A stretch of DNA of 32,000 nt from Cylindrospermopsis raciborskii Cr2010 (GTDB lineage: Bacteria > Cyanobacteriota > Cyanobacteriia > Cyanobacteriales > Nostocaceae), in NCBI RefSeq assembly GCF_003367075.2, contig NZ_CP065936.1, positions 1,320,001-1,352,000 of the forward strand. Direction: 5' to 3'. Under the pieces are notes generated by a model, which did not search any database, had not been told where the DNA came from, and worked only from the letters and a program-made list of their open reading frames with translations. The translations under genes were made by a program, and so were the position numbers. This document shows positions 1 to 7,783 of the stretch, piece after piece; position 1 is the first letter of the stretch; each line of letters starts with the position of its first letter.

Positions 1-1
1 A

Positions 2-805
2 CAGATTAAACCACCCACGGAGGAAGAACAGTTACAAGTTTATCAGGATATTGCCCAAACTTTAGGGGAACTTCCATTGATTATCCGCACTTTGGATGTG
101 GGAGGAGATAAACAAATACCCTATCTGGGCTCTACTCTCCAGGAAACTAATCCCTTTTTGGGTGTGCGCGGCATTAGATTTTGTTTGGAACATCCCTATT
201 TACTCAAAACTCAATTAAGAGCTATTTTACGAGCCAGCGCTAAACACCACATTAAAGTTATGTGGCCTATGATTAGTACTTTAACTGAGTTACGTGCCGC
301 TAAATCAATTTTAAACCAATCCATGGCAGAGCTTAAAAAAGATGGTATGGAGTTTGATGCCAAACTGCCCGTAGGAGTTATGATTGAAACCCCAGCCGCT
401 GTAGCTATTGCCGATCACCTGGCCAAAGAAGTAGACTTTTTTAGTATTGGTACAAATGATCTGAGTCAATATGTTATGGCATGCGATCGCACTAATCCTA
501 AAGTAGCAAATTTAACTGATGCCTTACAGCCAGCCGTGCTGCGGATGATTCAACAAACGGTAGAAGCCGGGCACGCAGCTAATATTTGGGTCGGACTATG
601 CGGTGAAATTGCCGCTGAAACCGCAGTTGCACCTATTCTTATAGGTTTGGGAATAGACGAACTGAGTACTAATCCCCAGGCGATCGCACCCTTAAAGCAG
701 GTCATTTCCCAACTGACTACCACTGAATCCCAGGTTTTAGCCAGGGTGGCATTGAACCAGGATTCAGCTTCCAGAGTCAGGGAGTTGGTTTATCCCATAG
801 GTTAA
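2..805 (+). CDS. PEP-utilizing enzyme, PTS enzyme I (PtsI/PtsP)-like C-terminal domain; 5'-truncated by the window edge
   Basis: The reading frame is open from base 2, with no stop before the TTG at 77 used by the ORF track. The translation carries PEP-utilizer TIM-barrel motifs RTLDVGGDK, GVRGIR, MIETPAA and FFSIGTNDLSQY. Stop at 803-805. Confidence 0.8.
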   Translation, partial: QIKPPTEEEQLQVYQDIAQTLGELPLIIRTLDVGGDKQIPYLGSTLQETNPFLGVRGIRFCLEHPYLLKTQLRAILRASAKHHIKVMWPMISTLTELRAAKSILNQSMAELKKDGMEFDAKLPVGVMIETPAAVAIADHLAKEVDFFSIGTNDLSQYVMACDRTNPKVANLTDALQPAVLRMIQQTVEAGHAANIWVGLCGEIAAETAVAPILIGLGIDELSTNPQAIAPLKQVISQLTTTESQVLARVALNQDSASRVRELVYPIG

Positions 806-823
806 GGGAAAAGAAATTGGAAG

Positions 824-1459
824 TTAACGGAGAAAGCTACTAACAAACCACATTAAAATAAATGTTAGCACAGCCGAGAACTGGTTAGGAGAAATTGACT
901 TTCCTAAAATTGACAGGCTATCCAATGGTATTCCCCCAGCTATCAGACCTCCCATCATTAAACCCAGTACCAGAGTTACCAATGTCAACAAAACCGCCCT
1001 CAGAAATTTGTTTTCCTTGCGATTAATGAAATAAATACTTAGAACTAACCCCACAAGTAATGTTAACTGTAATACTTGTGCTGTATTATAGTCGACGAAC
1101 ATACTGATAGAAATTAACCCTAAATAAGAACCTGCTGGCCATAGTATGTCGGAGACACTGGGCTGATCCCAAAATCTTTGTAGCCAAGACGGGGAGTAAG
1201 CGCTGGGGTTAACAACTTGTTTTTGGGGGGATGGCATTCGCATTTCAGGAAAGCGAATTCCTTCAGGAACCTTAATTTTGCCCTCCTGACGCATTCGCAG
1301 ACGCTCCATTAGAATTGCATCATAAGCTGCTTCAACAATTTCCCGAATCCTATTATCACTACCATACTGTTCTAACAGGCGATTTCGAGCATTTTGAATC
1401 TCATCGAAACTAGCATCTTTTGACACCCCAAGATTTTCGTAGGGACTTTGATCGCTCAT
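824..1459 (-). CDS. J-like-domain membrane protein, CPP1/CDF1 (DUF3353)-like
   Basis: 211-aa ORF. The N-terminus has a DnaJ-like helix (PYENLGVSKDASFDEIQNARNRLL) without an HPD motif. The C-terminal half has several hydrophobic helices. Family assignment is from memory of this architecture. Confidence 0.55.
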   Translation of the reverse strand: MSDQSPYENLGVSKDASFDEIQNARNRLLEQYGSDNRIREIVEAAYDAILMERLRMRQEGKIKVPEGIRFPEMRMPSPQKQVVNPSAYSPSWLQRFWDQPSVSDILWPAGSYLGLISISMFVDYNTAQVLQLTLLVGLVLSIYFINRKENKFLRAVLLTLVTLVLGLMMGGLIAGGIPLDSLSILGKSISPNQFSAVLTFILMWFVSSFLR

Positions 1460-1635
1460 AGCTGTTTTTGGCTTAGATCTTATTGATACTTTTTCCGTTT
1501 AAAGAGGATAGCACTCTTGATAGAGGGGAACAAAACTGCCAAACACCTCGTCAAGTGTTTTGAATAGACTGAACGTAGCTGTTTGGAATGGCCAACTAGA
1601 ATTTAGTTATCACTATTAATAAGAAATGAGGTTTA

Positions 1636-1745
1636 AGTGGGTGGAATTAAATATAAGATGAACGTAGGTTGGGTTGAAGTATGAAACCCAACGCCACGGG
1701 TCTCGTTCCTCGACCCATCCTACAAATAATTCTGTCTCCCTACTC
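1636..1745 (+). mobile_element. MITE-like non-autonomous element, copy A
   Basis: Imperfect terminal inverted repeats (5' AGTGGGTGG, 3' CTCCCTACTC). Exact 7-bp direct repeat AGGTTTA at 1629-1635 and 1746-1752. A 56-bp block (1637-1692) is identical to 31533-31588. Contains the GTAGGTTGGGTT...AACCCAAC hairpin motif. Confidence 0.55.
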
Positions 1746-1778
1746 AGGTTTAGTTCTAGTCATGTAATATAGTACCAT

Positions 1779-1816
1779 ATTATGCCATATAATTAAGATT
1801 ATGCCATATAATTAAG
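1779..1816 (+). repeat. Perfect tandem duplication of a 19-mer (ATTATGCCATATAATTAAG x2), each copy containing TATAAT
   Basis: Read directly: 1779-1797 equals 1798-1816. TATAAT hexamers lie at 1788-1793 and 1807-1812, which is 38-62 bp upstream of the radical SAM start at 1850. Confidence 0.9.
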
Positions 1817-1849
1817 TAACTGAAGATAAGTTTCGTGAGGGGTGATGTT

Positions 1850-3430
1850 ATGCGTGTCCTACTGGTTTATCCCATATTTCCCAAAACCTTCTGGTCCTAT
1901 GAAAAAATCCTCGACCTGGTAGATAGAAAAGTCCTACTACCACCTTTAGGCCTCATTACAGTAGCTGCTATTTTACCCCAGGAATGGGAGTTTAAACTAG
2001 TAGACCGTAACATTCGTCCCGCTACAGAAGAGGAATGGGCATGGGCTGATGTGGTTATTTTCTCAGCTATGATTGTCCAAAAACAAGACCTGTTAGATCA
2101 AGTACGCGAAGCAAAACGTCGTGGTAAATTAGTAGCTTTAGGTGGGCCCTACCCCACATCCACACCCCAAGAGGTACAAGAAGCGGGAGCGGATTTTCTG
2201 ATTTTGGATGAGGGGGAAATTACCCTACCCATGTTTGTCACCGCCATAGAAAGCGGTCAGAAATCGGGCATTTTTCGGGCTACGGAAAAACCAGATGTCA
2301 CAAGCACACCAATTCCTCGATTTGATTTGCTAGACTTTAGTGCCTATGACATGATGTCAGTGCAGTTTTCTCGAGGTTGCCCTTTTCAATGCGAGTTTTG
2401 TGACATTATTGTCCTCTATGGCAGAAAACCCAGAACTAAAACTCCAGAACAACTTTTAGCTGAGTTGGATTGTCTTTATCGGTTAGGTTGGCGGCGTGGT
2501 ATATTCATGGTTGACGATAACTTTATTGGCAATAAACGTAATGTTAAATTATTGCTTAAAGAGTTAAAGGTTTGGATGGCAGAACATGAGTATCCTTTCC
2601 GGTTTGACACGGAAGCATCTATAGATTTAGCCCAAGATCCCGAATTAATGGAATTGATGGTTGAGTCTGGTTTTGCCGCAGTATTTTTGGGCATTGAAAC
2701 CCCCGATGAAGATAGTTTACAACTAACCAAAAAATTTCAAAATACCCGCAGTTCCCTAGCAGAATCGGTACAAACTATTATTAAGACGGGACTGCGACCC
2801 ATGGCAGGCTTTATTATTGGTTTTGATGGGGAACAAAAAGGTGCAGGCGATCGCATTGTCAGATTTGCAGAGCAAGCTGCCATTCCCTCCACCACCTTTG
2901 CCATGTTACAAGCATTGCCAAACACTGCATTATGGCATCGGTTACAAAAGGAAGGAAGACTAAGGGAAAATCAGGATGGGAATATTAATCAGACAACTTT
3001 AATGAACTTTATCCCCACCCGTCCTTTGGAGGACATTGCCAAGGAATATGTTGATGCTTTTTGCGCCTTATATGATCCCATTAAGTATTTAGATCGTACC
3101 TATAGGTGTTTTCTACTCATGGGTTCACCCAAGTGGAAAGCTCCCTTCAAAATGCCTGATTGGGTAATCGTAAAAGCCCTGTTAATAGTTATTTGGAGAC
3201 AGGGAATTAAAAGAGAAACCCGGTGGAAATTTTGGCATCATCTATTTAGCATTATCAAACATAATCCCCAGGTGGCAGAACATTATTTGGCAACTTGCGC
3301 CCACAACGAACATTTCTTGGAATACCGCCAAATTGTTCGAGATCAAATTGAAAGTCAACTAGCTGTTTATTTAGCTCAAGGAGCAGAAAAACCTTATGTG
3401 GTCCCACAAAAGGAAAAAGTAGGGGTTTAG
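1850..3430 (+). CDS. B12-binding-domain radical SAM protein with a DUF4070-type C-terminal region
   Basis: The N-terminus (MRVLLVYP..LGLITVAAILP) is typical of the B12-binding domain. Radical SAM cluster motif CPFQCEFC is present. I prefer the ATG at 1850, preceded by GAGGGG at 1838-1843, over the GTG at 1835. Confidence 0.85.
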   Translation: MRVLLVYPIFPKTFWSYEKILDLVDRKVLLPPLGLITVAAILPQEWEFKLVDRNIRPATEEEWAWADVVIFSAMIVQKQDLLDQVREAKRRGKLVALGGPYPTSTPQEVQEAGADFLILDEGEITLPMFVTAIESGQKSGIFRATEKPDVTSTPIPRFDLLDFSAYDMMSVQFSRGCPFQCEFCDIIVLYGRKPRTKTPEQLLAELDCLYRLGWRRGIFMVDDNFIGNKRNVKLLLKELKVWMAEHEYPFRFDTEASIDLAQDPELMELMVESGFAAVFLGIETPDEDSLQLTKKFQNTRSSLAESVQTIIKTGLRPMAGFIIGFDGEQKGAGDRIVRFAEQAAIPSTTFAMLQALPNTALWHRLQKEGRLRENQDGNINQTTLMNFIPTRPLEDIAKEYVDAFCALYDPIKYLDRTYRCFLLMGSPKWKAPFKMPDWVIVKALLIVIWRQGIKRETRWKFWHHLFSIIKHNPQVAEHYLATCAHNEHFLEYRQIVRDQIESQLAVYLAQGAEKPYVVPQKEKVGV

Positions 3431-3451
3431 GGACGGACCATCCCCCCAATT

Positions 3452-4720
3452 TTAAAACTCTTTTACCATCAAAGTCCAAACCTCCTCCCCCGGATGGACA
3501 ATGGTTTTACCCACGGGTAAGATTGCCAAAGCGTTAGTTTGAGCTAAGTTGACCAAGTTTGCTGAGCTGTGTTTACCCTCAGCTTGGCAAAACTCACATT
3601 CACCATTTCTCAGCTTCAACTCGCCCTGAATATAAGTTTCCATTTTGCCATTGGATTGTAATTCTGACGAGGATTTTACCTTGAGTAATTTCCCCTCCCA
3701 CCCCCTAGCCATTCCCGACATTTTTCTGACCGCTGGCTGCACAAACCGCCAACAAGTCACTAAAGCGGATCCAGGATTCCCTGGTAAACCAAAATATAAT
3801 TTCTGTAATTTGTCGATTCCCGCATAGTTTAGTCCTTCATTTGGGAAAGTAGCAAAGGTTAGTGGTTTTCCAGGACGCATTTTAACTCTGTTAAAATGAA
3901 TTGTTGCCCCCAAAGAAGCTAACGTTCTGTATATATAATCATAGTCACCTACAGATACCCCCCCAGTGGAAATTACAATATCTGCACTGGTAATTGCGTA
4001 ATCTATGGTTTGTTCTAGGGCGATGGGATCATCTGGTACGATCCCTAATAATAACACTTCAGCCCCCAACTGGCGCATCAAGGTAGCCAGAGCATACTGG
4101 TTAGAATCAAATATCTGTCCAGGTTTTGGTAACTCCTCCAATGTTACCAACTCATTGCCTGTGGAAAAAATAGCTACTCGTATATTGCGAAAAACACTGA
4201 CTTTTTCCCTACCAGCAGCAGCTAAAAGGGCAATTTCCGTAGCACTCAAGACGATTCCGGAAGGTAAAAGATCATTTCCTGCTTGGTAAAATTCCCCTTG
4301 ATGGATGACAAACTCATGGGATTGGGGTGCAATGAACACTAAAACCCGGTTTTCCTGACGGTGGGTTTTTTCTTGCATGATTACCGTGTCAGCACCCTTT
4401 GGTATCATAGCACCGGTAAAAATTCTTACAGCTTGTCCCGATTCAAGGGTTACAGAAGGTTCATCACCAGTTCTAATTTCCGCTACAACTTGCAAAATAA
4501 CTGGTTTATCTGCCCTGGCATGCTGTACATCATGATAACGCACTGCATAACCATCCATTAGGGCATGGTCCCAATGGGGGAAACCCCGAGAACTAACCAC
4601 GGGACTGGCTAAAATTCGTCCATTTGCGGTCAATAAGTCTATGTACTCTATATCTCTTTGGTTGTCTAGTGGTTTTACTGCATTTAAAATAGTAGATTCC
4701 GCATCTCTAACTGATAGCAT
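3452..4720 (-). CDS. moeA: Molybdopterin molybdenumtransferase MoeA
   Basis: 422 aa. MoeA motifs present: ALMDGYAV, FSTGNEL, STGGVSVGDYDY, VKMRPGKP. Confidence 0.9.
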   Translation of the reverse strand: MLSVRDAESTILNAVKPLDNQRDIEYIDLLTANGRILASPVVSSRGFPHWDHALMDGYAVRYHDVQHARADKPVILQVVAEIRTGDEPSVTLESGQAVRIFTGAMIPKGADTVIMQEKTHRQENRVLVFIAPQSHEFVIHQGEFYQAGNDLLPSGIVLSATEIALLAAAGREKVSVFRNIRVAIFSTGNELVTLEELPKPGQIFDSNQYALATLMRQLGAEVLLLGIVPDDPIALEQTIDYAITSADIVISTGGVSVGDYDYIYRTLASLGATIHFNRVKMRPGKPLTFATFPNEGLNYAGIDKLQKLYFGLPGNPGSALVTCWRFVQPAVRKMSGMARGWEGKLLKVKSSSELQSNGKMETYIQGELKLRNGECEFCQAEGKHSSANLVNLAQTNALAILPVGKTIVHPGEEVWTLMVKEF

Positions 4721-4783
4721 TGTTGGTTATTATAGATTCACTTTATAATACCAGATAGTACCACAACTTTCTCCTTTAGGATT

Positions 4784-4891
4784 ATGGTGAAAATAGTTTC
4801 TCGCCGATATTTAGGAAAAGCGGATGTTTATGACATTGGAGTTGCCAAAGACCACAATTTTATCATCAAAAATGGCTTGGTTGCTTCCAAC
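4784..4891 (+). other. DnaE split intein C-fragment (IntC, 36 aa); the C-extein starts with Cys at 4892
   Basis: 24 of 36 residues match the Npu DnaE IntC sequence as I recall it (MIKIATRKYLGKQNVYDIGVERDHNFALKNGFIASN). It ends in the catalytic ...ASN followed by +1 CFN. Confidence 0.9.
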
Positions 4892-6130
4892 TGTTTCAAT
4901 AAATCTCACTCTACCGCCTATGGTTATGTCACTTACCAAACAGCATACTTAAAAGCTAATTATCCCTTGGAATATATGGCAGCACTGTTAACAGCTAACA
5001 GTGGGGATACGGACAAAGTTCAGAAATATCTCAACAATTGTAATAACATGGGGATTGAAATTGATCCACCAGATATTAATCGTTCTGGGTTAGATTTTAC
5101 ACCAGCAGATCAGAAGATATTATTTGGATTTTCCGCAGTGCGTAATGTGGGACAAAATGCGATCGCTGGTATCTTAGATGCTCGTCAACAAGGAGGAGAA
5201 TTTACATCTCTAGGTGACTTTTGCGATCGCATTGATTTACGGGTTGTCAATCGTCGCACCCTAGAGTCATTAATTCAATGTGGAGCATTTGATAAAATAG
5301 AGTCGAACCGCCATCAATTAGTTAAAGATTTAGAATTAGTATATGAATGGGCCCAATCCCGTGCTAAAGATAGAGCTATTGGTCAAGGAAACCTATTTGA
5401 CTTCATGGGTACTGGCATTAGTAACGTGTCCACAAGTAGTAAAAATGGATTTAAGTCCATACCTAAAGCCGACCCAGTGTCAGACTATCCCCCCCAGGAA
5501 AAACTGCGAATGGAAAAAGAATTATTAGGTTTTTATGTATCAGCCCATCCTTTAAAAAATATTAAACAATCTTCATCTTTATTAGCGCCCATTAATCTTG
5601 TCGATTTAGGAGAGCAAAAGGATAAAAACCTAGTTTGTGTAGTGGTGATGCTGAACCACGTCAAAAAAGTGATGACCAAAAAAGGGGAGCAAATGGCAAT
5701 TTTGCAAATTGAGGATTTAACCACAACCTCAGAAGCAGTTGTGTTTCCCAAAACCTATGAGCGGATTAATGGAATACTAGAAATTGATGCCAGATTAATT
5801 GTGTGGGGGAAGGTAGATAAACGGGATGAACAGACCCAATTGCTGGTGGAAGATGCAGAGCAGGTAGAGAAAATTCAGATGGTAGTAGTGGAATTAAATC
5901 CCCACGAAGCCAGTAGTATTGATACTCAACATCATTTACGCTCTATTTTAAAAGAACAATCGGGGGATAAAGATAAAGCCAAAGTTCCTGTGATTGGAAT
6001 TGTTCAAGCGGGAAGTTACCGTCAAGTGGTTAGGTTTGGTAAGCAGTATTGGGTACAAGATGCAAGTCTTACCGTCCACTCCCTCAGAAATGCTCAGTTT
6101 AGTGCTCATGGTAAACAGTTAAGTGATTAG
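4784..6130 (+). CDS. dnaE: DNA polymerase III alpha subunit, C-terminal half, preceded by the split-intein C fragment (DnaE-C)
   Basis: The first 36 aa are MVKIVSRRYLGKADVYDIGVAKDHNFIIKNGLVASN, followed by CFNKSHSTAYGYV..YLKANYP, the Pol III alpha finger/beta-binding/OB region. This is the canonical cyanobacterial dnaE-c arrangement. Confidence 0.93.
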   Translation: MVKIVSRRYLGKADVYDIGVAKDHNFIIKNGLVASNCFNKSHSTAYGYVTYQTAYLKANYPLEYMAALLTANSGDTDKVQKYLNNCNNMGIEIDPPDINRSGLDFTPADQKILFGFSAVRNVGQNAIAGILDARQQGGEFTSLGDFCDRIDLRVVNRRTLESLIQCGAFDKIESNRHQLVKDLELVYEWAQSRAKDRAIGQGNLFDFMGTGISNVSTSSKNGFKSIPKADPVSDYPPQEKLRMEKELLGFYVSAHPLKNIKQSSSLLAPINLVDLGEQKDKNLVCVVVMLNHVKKVMTKKGEQMAILQIEDLTTTSEAVVFPKTYERINGILEIDARLIVWGKVDKRDEQTQLLVEDAEQVEKIQMVVVELNPHEASSIDTQHHLRSILKEQSGDKDKAKVPVIGIVQAGSYRQVVRFGKQYWVQDASLTVHSLRNAQFSAHGKQLSD

Positions 6131-6159
6131 GGGAGAAATATTACGGTAATTCGAGGTTA
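6129..6159 (+). repeat. 31-bp direct repeat, left copy (AGGGGAGAAATATTACGGTAATTCGAGGTTA)
   Basis: Identical base for base to 7720-7750. It overlaps the last two bases of the dnaE-C stop codon TAG (6128-6130). Confidence 0.95.
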
Positions 6160-6191
6160 AGAGAAATTTTCTATATCACCAAACTAAAACA

Positions 6192-7751
6192 ATGAACAAA
6201 GTGACTAAATGGTTTAACACAGCAGGTCCGTGTAAATCAGATATACACTATATGCTCCCCACAATGGAAAGACTACCACAGTTAAAGCGGTTAATTGACC
6301 AACAAAACTATTTTGTCATCCACGCACCGAGACAAACAGGAAAAACCACAGCCATGTTAAACCTGGCCCAGGAGTTAACTGCTAGTGGGGAATATACGGC
6401 AGTGATGGTATCGGTAGAGATAGGTAGTGCTTTTAATCATCAACCGGATGTTGCTGAACAGGCAATTTTAGGTGCTTGGCAACAAGCAGCAAGATTCTGG
6501 TTACCGCAAGACCTGGAACCACCCACATGGCCAGCAGCATCACCCGGACAGCGAATAAATGCTGCTTTAACCACTTGGGCAGAAATATCACCTCGTCCAC
6601 TGGTAGTATTCATTGATGAAATTGACTCTCTCCAGGGCGAAACATTGATTAGTATGTTACGTCAATTGAGGGATGGTTTTCCCCGTCGTCCCAAAGGATT
6701 TCCCCAGTGTGTAGCCCTAATTGGTATGAGGGATGTGCGGGATTATAAAGTTGCATCTGGAGGTAGTGATAAATTAAATACTGCCAGTCCTTTTAATATT
6801 AAAGTAGAATCCCTGACCCTAAATAACTTCAGTTTAAAAGATGTAACTAACCTCTATCAACAACACACCCAAGCTACGGGACAGATATTCACACCAGAAG
6901 CTGTTCACCGTGCTTATTATTTGACTCAAGGTCAACCCTGGTTAGTTAATGCTCTAGCTCGTCAAACTACAGAATATTTAACCACAGATCCCCAGATTCC
7001 TATTACTATAGACCTGATTGATCAAGCCAAGGAAATCCTAATTCAAAGACAAGATACCCACCTAGATAGTCTAGCAGAAAGATTGAGAGAAAACCGGGTT
7101 CAAGCAATCATAGAACCTATTTTAGCGGGGGAAGAATTGCCCAATACTCCCGAAGACGACCGGCGTTATTTAATCGATTTAGGATTAGTTATACGTAGTC
7201 AAGAAGGGGGATTAAAAATTGCCAATCCTATTTATCAAGAGGTAATTCCTCGTATGTTATCCCGGGGAACTCAAGACAGTTTACCCATGATCCAACCCAC
7301 CTGGTTAACAACTACAGGTCTATTGAATATTCCAGCTCTGCTAGAGGCATTTTTAGACTTTTGGCGCCAGCATGGAGAACCACTACAAAAAAGCGCCGCC
7401 TATCCAGAAATAGCACCCCATTTAGTATTAATGGCATTTTTACATCGAGTGGTAAATGGAGGGGGAACTTTAGACAGAGAATATGCTATTGGTTCGGGAA
7501 GAATGGATATATGTTTACGTTATGGGAAAGAAGTATTAGCAATGGAATTAAAGGTGTGGAGAAAAGGTAGCTCAGACCCATTAAAAAAGGGACTGCAACA
7601 GTTGGATAAATACTTATCAGGATTAAATTTGCCCACGGGATGGTTGGTGATTTTTGACCGTCGTCCTAATTTACTACCTATAAGCGAAAGAACAACCACG
7701 GAAATGGCAATTAGTCCCCAGGGGAGAAATATTACGGTAATTCGAGGTTAG
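6192..7751 (+). CDS. AAA-like ATPase with a C-terminal PD-(D/E)XK-type nuclease-like domain
   Basis: 519 aa. Walker A HAPRQTGKTT and Walker B VVFIDEID are present. The C-terminal block GSGRMDICLRYGKEVLAMELKVW resembles a D...E-x-K restriction-endonuclease-fold motif. Family assignment is from memory (AAA-like plus PDDEXK proteins, common and multi-copy in cyanobacteria). Confidence 0.7.
   Translation: MNKVTKWFNTAGPCKSDIHYMLPTMERLPQLKRLIDQQNYFVIHAPRQTGKTTAMLNLAQELTASGEYTAVMVSVEIGSAFNHQPDVAEQAILGAWQQAARFWLPQDLEPPTWPAASPGQRINAALTTWAEISPRPLVVFIDEIDSLQGETLISMLRQLRDGFPRRPKGFPQCVALIGMRDVRDYKVASGGSDKLNTASPFNIKVESLTLNNFSLKDVTNLYQQHTQATGQIFTPEAVHRAYYLTQGQPWLVNALARQTTEYLTTDPQIPITIDLIDQAKEILIQRQDTHLDSLAERLRENRVQAIIEPILAGEELPNTPEDDRRYLIDLGLVIRSQEGGLKIANPIYQEVIPRMLSRGTQDSLPMIQPTWLTTTGLLNIPALLEAFLDFWRQHGEPLQKSAAYPEIAPHLVLMAFLHRVVNGGGTLDREYAIGSGRMDICLRYGKEVLAMELKVWRKGSSDPLKKGLQQLDKYLSGLNLPTGWLVIFDRRPNLLPISERTTTEMAISPQGRNITVIRG
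7720..7750 (+). repeat. 31-bp direct repeat, right copy
   Basis: Identical to 6129-6159. It encodes the last residues (Q)GRNITVIRG of the ATPase-nuclease ORF plus the first two bases of its stop codon. Confidence 0.95.
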
Positions 7752-7783
7752 GAAGTGTGACACGGTTAATTATTAATTAAAAC

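Noticed and set aside
1659-1770. Short ORFs inside the MITE: MNVGWVEV at 1659-1685, and MKPNATGLVPRP... from 1681
   Set aside because: The second ORF shifts to an unrelated sequence in copy B (MKPNTPIGYAMAP...), so there is no conserved peptide. The similarity is at the nucleotide and structure level.
2476-4561. Track ORFs 2476-2730(-), 2737-2925(-), 3255-3479(-), 3645-3827(+), 4005-4289(+) and 4361-4561(+)
   Set aside because: All lie antisense or out of frame inside the well-supported radical SAM and moeA genes. Their translations are low-complexity with no recognisable motifs.
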